Shown: one piece after another, positions 55,986-62,966 of the stretch
How the letters are laid out: each line of letters opens with the position of its first letter
Position numbering within the stretch: position 1 is the stretch's first letter
From: Thiovulum sp. ES
GTDB lineage: Bacteria; Campylobacterota; Campylobacteria; Campylobacterales; Thiovulaceae
NCBI GenBank assembly: GCA_000276965.1
Contig: AKKQ01000003.1
Span: 462 to 64,461 of the forward strand
DNA: 64,000 nt
Direction: 5' to 3'
Program-made: the position numbers and the translations under genes
The notes under the pieces: model-generated
What the model saw: the letters and a program-made list of their open reading frames with translations, nothing else
Databases searched by the model: none
What the model was told of the DNA's origin: nothing

Positions 55986-57086
55986 TTATTTTCCGTCGTT
56001 AATTTTTTCATCAAGAATAATGTCGAGAATCTCAAATACAGAACTACTTGCTCTCTCCATTTTTCTAAATGTATTTATCACTTCTTCAAAATTTATCGCA
56101 TCTTGATTTATAAGAGCAAAAACATCTTTTGTCGCATTATGAACAGAGCCATGTGGTGCTTCCAAATCTGGATATTTGCTTGTGTGTGAGAAATGCTCCA
56201 ATCCTTCTCCTTTTTCATACCATCTACCAAGTCGGCAAGAGTGGTGATCCACAAATTTAAATACCTGTTTTTTCTGTGCAACTGAATCATAAGTATTGAA
56301 TTTCCAAATAACATGATCTATTTTTGCCAAAGATAAGAAAATTCTATCTGTTGTATATTCAAAATTTAAGAATGATTGTCTTACATCTTTTATGTTACTT
56401 CTTAGGTCTGTATCAAATTCACTGAACTTTTCATGAAAATGATTTATTGTTTCAACCGTTTCAGAGGCTTTTTTATTAACAGAGCCAACATCTTGTTTCA
56501 TTGAAGTTAGAGCAAGATTAATGTCTCCAATTGCTTTTTGAGTTTTGTCTGCAAGTTTCCGAACCTCATCAGCAACAACCGCAAATCCACGACCATGCTC
56601 ACCTGCTCTTGCTGCTTCAATTGCAGCATTTAGTGCAAGTAAATTTGTCTGTTCTGAAATATCTTTTATCAAAGTTAAAATTCCATTGATGTCTTCTGTT
56701 CTCTCCAAAAGCATCCCAGAAGCCGTAAATGTATCTGATGACATTGTTTCAAGGTCTGTAATATTTGTTGTGATTTCTGAAAAACCTGTTGCCAAATGAC
56801 TCACATGATCAAGCATTGAATGAGAATCTTCCAAGTTCTTTTTTCCAGACGAAACAGCATCAACAAGGTCGCTTTGAACATCCATCAAGCTCCCCTTTAC
56901 ATGCTCATTCTGAAAACGAAGAACCTTATAGAATCCCTCTCCTTCATCATTGTATTTCAATCTTCGAATCTCTTCTTCGAGACTGTCAATTCTTTGCAGT
57001 AAATCTTCTTCTCTTGTTCTTAGAGATGTGTTTTCTCTCTCAAGTTGCTTAATATAAAACTTATCTTGTTTGTTTAAAGCTATCAT
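55986..57086 (-). CDS. Soluble methyl-accepting chemotaxis protein with a CZB domain (second TlpD-like paralog)
   Basis: 366 aa. [41 protein letters not shown], and the C-terminus has [10 protein letters not shown]...H. It ends 6 nt before the response-regulator gene. Confidence 0.8.
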   Translation of the reverse strand: MIALNKQDKFYIKQLERENTSLRTREEDLLQRIDSLEEEIRRLKYNDEGEGFYKVLRFQNEHVKGSLMDVQSDLVDAVSSGKKNLEDSHSMLDHVSHLATGFSEITTNITDLETMSSDTFTASGMLLERTEDINGILTLIKDISEQTNLLALNAAIEAARAGEHGRGFAVVADEVRKLADKTQKAIGDINLALTSMKQDVGSVNKKASETVETINHFHEKFSEFDTDLRSNIKDVRQSFLNFEYTTDRIFLSLAKIDHVIWKFNTYDSVAQKKQVFKFVDHHSCRLGRWYEKGEGLEHFSHTSKYPDLEAPHGSVHNATKDVFALINQDAINFEEVINTFRKMERASSSVFEILDIILDEKINDGK

Positions 57087-57247
57087 AATTTGCCGTTCCT
57101 TTTAAACTTTCAATAATTTAAACTTTTGAAAACTTCTAATCAATTTTACCATTTTAATAGTTTAAAAAGAATTATTTCTCTTTTCTTAAGCTTTAATTGA
57201 TTTTTTTCTACATGATACAATTTTAAAAAATATCTGGGATTCAAGCC

Positions 57248-58318
57248 TTGAACGAAATCATCAAAATAATAAGAAAAATAAATAGAATAGAGAAAGATAT
57301 AAGCGAAAATCAGACTCTAATTTCAACAATATTGCCACTTTTTCAATATTTGGATTGGGATATTTTTGATGAAGAGAGAGTTCTTTTTGAAGATACAACT
57401 TCGACAAAAAAAAGAGTTGATGCAACATTCGTAGGGAAAGATCGACAATTTATTATAGAGGCAAAAAGATTTTCAAGAAAATTATCGATGAAAGATTTTG
57501 AGCAATTAACTGTTTATATAAATAGTGATGAAGCTATAAATTTTGGACTTTTAACAAATGGATCTGAATATTGGTTGGCAGATAATAAAGGCGAGGGTCT
57601 AGAAAATAAACTTATTTATAAATTTGATGTAAAAGATTTAAGTGATTGTGATTTAAATATTCTTAAAAAATTTCTATCCTTTAATGCGAAATACGATATT
57701 GATGATATTACAAAATATATTCAATATATTGAAATTGGACAATCTTTTGGCGATAAAGAGTGTTTGAAAATTTATAATGCAAGAAGAGAAGAGGAAAAGA
57801 GAAATTTACACCCTGTAAGAGAGAATTTTGATATCGAAGCTCCAAAAAAAATTGATGAAAAAGAGATCGAAGAAGCAAAAGAAGAATCGGAACAGGAAGA
57901 TATTAAAGAGGAAAAAAGTTCTGAAGAGGTGAAAAAAAAAGTAAACTCATCTGATGATTTAGATGGAATTCAAATTATTGAAGCAGAAGCAGGTGAAAAT
58001 ATAGAGTATTTTGAAATCATAAGTAAAAGTGAAGCGAAGATATTCTTTTTAGAGCAGTTTCACATTGTTAGAGATGTAGATTTTTCGGCACTTTCAATAA
58101 AAATCCTAAATTATGTTCTTAAAAAACTAAAAGAGACTCCAGTTCTATATCAAGATGTTGTTTCTAAATTTGATTTTATTGTTGCAACTGGTGATAGAAA
58201 TATTCACTCTGGTGTTTATGAAAAAATTGGAGATGGAGTATATTTTAATTCCAATGTGCCAAATGTAGATAAAATAAGAAATATCGAGAATCTATTAAAA
58301 TATCTACATGAACAGTAA
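57248..58318 (+). CDS. Protein with an N-terminal HsdR_N-like PD-(D/E)xK domain, an acidic linker and an unknown C-terminal domain
   Basis: 356 aa, TTG start. ILPLFQYLDWDIF...KKRVDATFVGKDRQFIIEAKRF....EQLTVYI.....NFGLLTNGSEYWL fits the type I restriction HsdR N-terminal-like fold pattern (D...E-x-K). Confidence 0.45.
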   Translation: MNEIIKIIRKINRIEKDISENQTLISTILPLFQYLDWDIFDEERVLFEDTTSTKKRVDATFVGKDRQFIIEAKRFSRKLSMKDFEQLTVYINSDEAINFGLLTNGSEYWLADNKGEGLENKLIYKFDVKDLSDCDLNILKKFLSFNAKYDIDDITKYIQYIEIGQSFGDKECLKIYNARREEEKRNLHPVRENFDIEAPKKIDEKEIEEAKEESEQEDIKEEKSSEEVKKKVNSSDDLDGIQIIEAEAGENIEYFEIISKSEAKIFFLEQFHIVRDVDFSALSIKILNYVLKKLKETPVLYQDVVSKFDFIVATGDRNIHSGVYEKIGDGVYFNSNVPNVDKIRNIENLLKYLHEQ

Positions 58319-58322
58319 TTCG

Positions 58323-58341
58323 GATGAGGTCAGACCTCATC
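58323..58341. repeat. Perfect 19-nt palindrome made of two inverted copies of the abundant 9-mer (candidate terminator)
   Basis: GATGAGGTC A GACCTCATC. It lies between the stop TAA at 58316-58318 (+ gene) and the stop at 58340-42 of the minus-strand ORF. Confidence 0.85.
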
Positions 58342-58660
58342 AAGCCTTTTTATCTAATTTGTGTCTTGGTTCAAGAAGTGATTTCAAATTTTTGATATTT
58401 CGCTCGACTTTCACCATGTTTGTTTTAAGATTATTCCGAAAATCCACAAGCAAAATTAGAATTTCTCTAACAAGAAATTGTGCTTTTCGCATATCTTCTA
58501 TGCTTTGAAATTCTGGTAATTCACCTGCTGAAAGAGTTTCTAATCTATTAAAATCTTCAACAACAATAGCGGATTTGACAGCATCAAACCACTCTTTACT
58601 ACTCTGCTTCTTGCTCTTTTGTTTCTGCTGAATTGATTCCAGTTTCTTCTCTCCATGCAT
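58340..58660 (-). CDS. Small helical protein downstream of fliS (positional FliT-like candidate)
   Basis: 106 aa. It occupies the position after flaG-fliD-fliS where Helicobacter/Campylobacter carry a small chaperone-like ORF. It overlaps fliS by 62 nt, and no alternative in-frame start exists downstream of the overlap. Confidence 0.4.
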   Translation of the reverse strand: MHGEKKLESIQQKQKSKKQSSKEWFDAVKSAIVVEDFNRLETLSAGELPEFQSIEDMRKAQFLVREILILLVDFRNNLKTNMVKVERNIKNLKSLLEPRHKLDKKA

Positions 58661-59045
58661 CTAAAAGACCTCTAACAACATTTGTAACACTTTCAAGTTT
58701 TTCCAAATCATCGTTTCTATTAACTTCAAAAAGAACTTGAATTTGGTGAGAATATAACCCTTCGAGATATTCTGAAATTGTTCCTTCAGCTTTTTTATCA
58801 AGTGCTGAAATCAATTCCGCAAAAATATCACCAGTCCGATTTAGCCACTGGATTTTTGCCTCAACATCACCTTCTTGAATCGCTTTTGCCGTATTTCTAT
58901 TAAATGTAAGAATTCCTTCGTAAAGAGCCTCTACAAGTTTGATTTTTGATTCAATGTGTAGATTATTTCTTTTATAAGCTGTAACAGCACTGTTTTCTTC
59001 GTCTTCGTTTGCTTTTTTCTGATTTAAAAGTTCTTGAGTTGTCAT
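58599..59045 (-). CDS. fliS: Flagellin-specific chaperone FliS
   Basis: 148 aa. LVEALYEGILTFNRNTAKAI....IFAELISALD....ISEYLEGLYSH....GLLDAW is the FliS pattern. Confidence 0.85.
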   Translation of the reverse strand: MTTQELLNQKKANEDEENSAVTAYKRNNLHIESKIKLVEALYEGILTFNRNTAKAIQEGDVEAKIQWLNRTGDIFAELISALDKKAEGTISEYLEGLYSHQIQVLFEVNRNDDLEKLESVTNVVRGLLDAWREETGINSAETKEQEAE

Positions 59046-59057
59046 TTTCTTCCTAAA

Positions 59058-60437
59058 TTATTTAGATGATTCCATGTCGATCATCATTTGAATTGAGTTA
59101 AATTGTTGATTCCACTGTGCAATCAATGTATCCGCCTGAATAAATTGTTCAGCCATTCGTGCATATCGTCCGTCAAGCATCGCAATATTTTTTTCCCGTT
59201 CATCATTCAATCGGTCTTGTTCAGTTGTAATATTATTAGAAATATTATTTAAAATCCCGTCTGAATTTGTGTACATTTCCATAATTTGATTTAAATCATA
59301 GAAAACACCATCTTCGTGAGTTGTTATTCCACGATCTTCGACATCTTGTCCGAGAAAGAAATTCTCAATATTTTCTGGGTCTTCATTAAATTTTTCAAGA
59401 AAAGTTTCGCTGTCAAATTCAAGAGAACCAACATTATTAAGTGAGATTCCAAATTCAATTAAAGAACGATTTTCTGAATCCATCGATAAAAGTTTTCGCT
59501 TAATTGTTTGAGTGATTGCCGTGATATTATTATCACCCTGAAAAGCTCCAGTCTCATCACCTTCTTGATCGAATTTTGTCATCTCTTCAATTAAAACTGA
59601 AAGCTCATTGTAAGCATCAACAAAAGATTGGACTTGCAACATAATACTATTTGTGTCTGGTTCGATTGTGATTTCAATTGGATTTTCATTCACTTGAGTT
59701 AATTCCAATTCAATTCCAACAACTAAATCGGTAATTGAATTACTATTTCTTGTGATTGGAGTTCCGTTAAAAAGAAATTCCGAATCAACCCCTTTTTGAA
59801 TGTGATTTTCTTCAGCAGAAAAGTTTGTAGAAAGACCCTCTTCAGAAACAATAATTTCTGAATCATCGCCAGTGTCATTACTTGTAATTGTTAGTCGATA
59901 TTCAGAGTCGCCAGTTTTTAAAACTTTCGCAGTAACAGGAGCAGAAGAATCATTGATCAAATCTTTCAAATCCGTCATAGTTGTTGATGAGGTCAAATCA
60001 AAAGAGTATTCTATTCCACCAACTGTAATACTCATTGTTGTATCTTCACTCGCAACTGTTTCAGTCAAAGATGAAAATCCATCGCTTTGAACAATATCTT
60101 GTTTCGCAAGTTGCAAAGTTTCAACAGTGATAGTTTGTGGAGAAACACCTTTATCTATTGATAAATTTATACCCTCTTCAGAAACATAAGCACTTCTTTG
60201 CAGAAATAACATTTCATCATTAAGAGATTCTACTGTTGAGCTAAAAGCAGTTACTTTTTCAGAAATAAGACCGAAAGCTTCAGACCGAGCAGCCGCACCT
60301 TCAATATTTCTATCAATAGGATCAATAATCACGGCATCATCGGCAGCACGAAGTTTATCAAGAGTCTCTTGACTTAATCCCGTGCTTGTTCCAGTAACCG
60401 CTTCAGAACCGAGTCCAATTAGACCTGTTGAAGCCAT
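59058..60437 (-). CDS. fliD: Flagellar filament cap protein FliD
   Basis: 459 aa. The N-terminus is LGSEAVTG...LDKLRAADDAVIIDPIDR. The C-terminus is LDGRYARMAEQFIQADTLIAQWNQQFNSIQ. It sits between flaG and fliS. Confidence 0.85.
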   Translation of the reverse strand: MASTGLIGLGSEAVTGTSTGLSQETLDKLRAADDAVIIDPIDRNIEGAAARSEAFGLISEKVTAFSSTVESLNDEMLFLQRSAYVSEEGINLSIDKGVSPQTITVETLQLAKQDIVQSDGFSSLTETVASEDTTMSITVGGIEYSFDLTSSTTMTDLKDLINDSSAPVTAKVLKTGDSEYRLTITSNDTGDDSEIIVSEEGLSTNFSAEENHIQKGVDSEFLFNGTPITRNSNSITDLVVGIELELTQVNENPIEITIEPDTNSIMLQVQSFVDAYNELSVLIEEMTKFDQEGDETGAFQGDNNITAITQTIKRKLLSMDSENRSLIEFGISLNNVGSLEFDSETFLEKFNEDPENIENFFLGQDVEDRGITTHEDGVFYDLNQIMEMYTNSDGILNNISNNITTEQDRLNDEREKNIAMLDGRYARMAEQFIQADTLIAQWNQQFNSIQMMIDMESSK

Positions 60438-60440
60438 TCC

Positions 60441-60815
60441 CTATCCTTTTTTGTCTAAGATTGAACCAATCTCTTTCATAAGACTAGATAATTTTAGAGC
60501 TTCATCACTAGGGATTTTTCTGATTTCATCACCGCTTTTTTTGTCAGTAACAACTATATACATTGAATCAGCCTCTTCGTGATAATGAAAAGAGACTTTT
60601 TCGTTCATTGAAGTATTCATACTTTTAACTAGATTTTGCATTTTTTCCCGCATTTCTCGTTGTTCAGTTGTTACCGCAATTGACTCTTGTTGAAATTCTC
60701 GAATAGCTTTTTCACCAGCTCCTTGTTGAAATGGAGTTTGTGCATGTGTTTGTGTAGGAACACTTTGCTGAACTTCAGTAGGAACACTTTGTGCAGTTGT
60801 ATTTGAAATGTTCAA
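60441..60815 (-). CDS. flaG: FlaG family protein
   Basis: 124 aa. VSFHYHEEADSMYIVVTDKKSGDEIRKIPSDEALKL is the FlaG core. TTG start with an AAGGAG Shine-Dalgarno. Confidence 0.8.
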   Translation of the reverse strand: MNISNTTAQSVPTEVQQSVPTQTHAQTPFQQGAGEKAIREFQQESIAVTTEQREMREKMQNLVKSMNTSMNEKVSFHYHEEADSMYIVVTDKKSGDEIRKIPSDEALKLSSLMKEIGSILDKKG

Positions 60816-60861
60816 GGCTTCTCCTTATCTTCTGTTTAAATCTAAATATTATTCTGTAAAA

Positions 60862-60887
60862 ATATCGTCTATCAAACTTTTAATTTA
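60862..60887 (-). promoter_or_regulatory. Sigma28-type promoter for flaG-fliD-fliS
   Basis: On the minus strand: TAAA (60884-60887), a 14-nt spacer, then GACGATAT (60862-60869). The -10 element shares GACGATA with the flagellin promoter. Confidence 0.5.
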
Positions 60888-60890
60888 ATT

Positions 60891-61673
60891 TTAAATTTGT
60901 AAAAGTTCGATTTGTTTGTTCCGAAAAATCGCAATTTCTTTGAAACCAATATCCTTTAAAAGTCTATCAATTTCACTCTTAAACATTCCAACTTGGGTCG
61001 GAGAGTGGGCATCGCTACTTGTTGTTATTGGAATATTAAAATCGCGAACAAGTTCTAAAATTTCTCGACTTGGGTAAGTTTCTGCAATAGGTTTTCGGAG
61101 ACCAGATGCATTTATCTCAACCGCCATTTCTGATTTTTTGATCGCTTTTAAAGTATCCTGAACTAAATCACCAATTCTGTTTTTCTTTGGTAGAAATTTA
61201 AAAACTTTAAGCAAATCAAGGTGTCCAGCAATTTGAAAAAGTCCGCTTTTTGCCATATTTTCCATTTCTGAAAAATAGACTTTCCAAAGTTCATCAATAT
61301 CAACATTCTCATAGTTTCCCATAAATTCAGGATTATCAAAACCCCAACCTTGTAAAAAATGAATTGAGCCGATGAGGTAATCGACATTGCTTTTTAAAAC
61401 TCTGTTATCGTGATATTGTGGGAGATAATCGACTTCAAAACCTTTAAGAATTTCAATTTTTCCGCGATATTTTTCGGCGACCTCATCGATCAATCCAAAA
61501 TATTTATCGATTTCAGAAAAATCCATTCGATAAGTTGGATCAAAATTCATCGGAGCATGATCTGTAAAACCAAAAAACTTTATACCTTTTTCAATCGCTC
61601 GTTCAACATATTGGAAAGGCTCTCCCTCCGCATGATGACAAAGAGTTGTGTGATTGTGTAAATCTGCTATCAA
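60891..61673 (-). CDS. PHP-family histidinol phosphatase
   Basis: 260 aa with IADLHNHTTLCHHAEGEP, FTDHAP and SSDAHSP. Confidence 0.75.
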   Translation of the reverse strand: MIADLHNHTTLCHHAEGEPFQYVERAIEKGIKFFGFTDHAPMNFDPTYRMDFSEIDKYFGLIDEVAEKYRGKIEILKGFEVDYLPQYHDNRVLKSNVDYLIGSIHFLQGWGFDNPEFMGNYENVDIDELWKVYFSEMENMAKSGLFQIAGHLDLLKVFKFLPKKNRIGDLVQDTLKAIKKSEMAVEINASGLRKPIAETYPSREILELVRDFNIPITTSSDAHSPTQVGMFKSEIDRLLKDIGFKEIAIFRNKQIELLQI

Positions 61674-61674
61674 A

Positions 61675-62859
61675 TTAATCTCCTAAATATTTTCTGATTT
61701 TCAAGCCATCAAAGTTTGAGAAAATATCTCGTGCTTCTCGCCGTTCTTCGATAAAGAATTTCTTTGGCTGTTTTCCAATAAATTTTGATAAATCCACATT
61801 ATCAACTTTTGCATCACTGCTAAAAAGCTCTTTATTCACTTTCATGTAGGCAGACATTTGTCGCTCTCCCTCCACAAAATAGAAAATAAAATAGTTTGGC
61901 ATGTCCGATTTGAGCGATGAAAAATAGTCTTGAACATCTTCCATTGTTTCAACTTTCTGATTATCAATTGCAACAAGTCGGCTGTTTTTCTTAACACCTC
62001 TTTTCAAAAATGGAGAAATCATTTTTAAGTGCAAAATATTTAATTTATCATCAAACCAAATACCTAAAGATTCCAAAAAAGTATCTCCCAAAACTCCACC
62101 GCCATAATACGGCATCGATTTTGTTTGGACATCAAGAACTTCACCATTTCTCTCAATTGTCATTTTCATATCAGCATAATTTTCAGAAAACATAATGTCG
62201 AGTTGTAATTTCTCAAGGTCTGCATATTTTTCACCGTTTAAAAAAATGAGTCGATCGCCCTCTTCAAACGGATTGTCTGTAAAAAATGGATTCACTCGAT
62301 AAATATAAATATCATTGCCATCTTTTACAAATCTTGCCCCGATGTCGGAAAGATATTTTTGATCATTTTTAGAAGCTCTTTCGACAAATTGTGCGGAGAC
62401 ATATTTATTTCCACCAAGCGAAATTCCTGTCATTACACAACATCCACTAAAAACAAGCGAATTTGGAGAAACTTCTTGAGAAAAAAGTGCAGGAATAGAA
62501 GCAATTTGTTTTTGAATCATTCTACCTGCATAATAATTTTTGTCGTCCATCACAAATCGAATATTATTACGAACTTGTCGTATTTTTAGAGGTAAAGAAT
62601 CTTTTCCTAGTTTTAACCCGTGAGAAACAAAATAGACACCAAATTGCGGAACACTCCGAATAATTTCTAACTTGTAAGGAACTTTTGTAGAAAAAAGAAC
62701 AGCTTGTTCATCATCAATAACCCAAGTTCGCTTTTCACCATCAGCTAAATATAGACTTTTAAAAAGTTTGTTTTGACAAAGAGTATTTGCAGAAAGAAAA
62801 GAACTAATTATAAAAGTTAGTAAAAAAAGGGGTTTCAAAATACATCCTATTTTTTGCAA
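61675..62859 (-). CDS. Secreted hypothetical protein with PDZ-like segments
   Basis: 394 aa, TTG start, signal peptide LFLLTFIISSFLSANT. GDRLIFLNGEKYADLEKL and NSRLVAIDNQKVETMEDV resemble PDZ cores. Confidence 0.4.
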   Translation of the reverse strand: MQKIGCILKPLFLLTFIISSFLSANTLCQNKLFKSLYLADGEKRTWVIDDEQAVLFSTKVPYKLEIIRSVPQFGVYFVSHGLKLGKDSLPLKIRQVRNNIRFVMDDKNYYAGRMIQKQIASIPALFSQEVSPNSLVFSGCCVMTGISLGGNKYVSAQFVERASKNDQKYLSDIGARFVKDGNDIYIYRVNPFFTDNPFEEGDRLIFLNGEKYADLEKLQLDIMFSENYADMKMTIERNGEVLDVQTKSMPYYGGGVLGDTFLESLGIWFDDKLNILHLKMISPFLKRGVKKNSRLVAIDNQKVETMEDVQDYFSSLKSDMPNYFIFYFVEGERQMSAYMKVNKELFSSDAKVDNVDLSKFIGKQPKKFFIEERREARDIFSNFDGLKIRKYLGD

Positions 62860-62898
62860 ATTCTATCAAAAATAGGTTTTCTGAAAATTTGATTTTTT

Positions 62899-62915
62899 GT
62901 CGGAAAAATTCCGAC
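62899..62915. terminator. Hairpin family copy E (variant) with T-runs on both sides
   Basis: TTTTTT GTCGGAA AAA TTCCGAC TTTTTTT, just 3' of the SulP-type gene. Confidence 0.65.
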
Positions 62916-62966
62916 TTTTTTTAGTAGTTGTAAGCAACTTTGTAATTTGGATCATCTTCGTTATAT

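Noticed and set aside
58599-58660. The 62-nt overlap between fliS and the downstream small ORF looked like a possible artefact.
   Set aside because: I kept the ORF at low confidence. No alternative in-frame ATG/GTG/TTG exists after the fliS stop, and the ORF position matches the small gene that follows fliS in related bacteria. The overlap remains unexplained.
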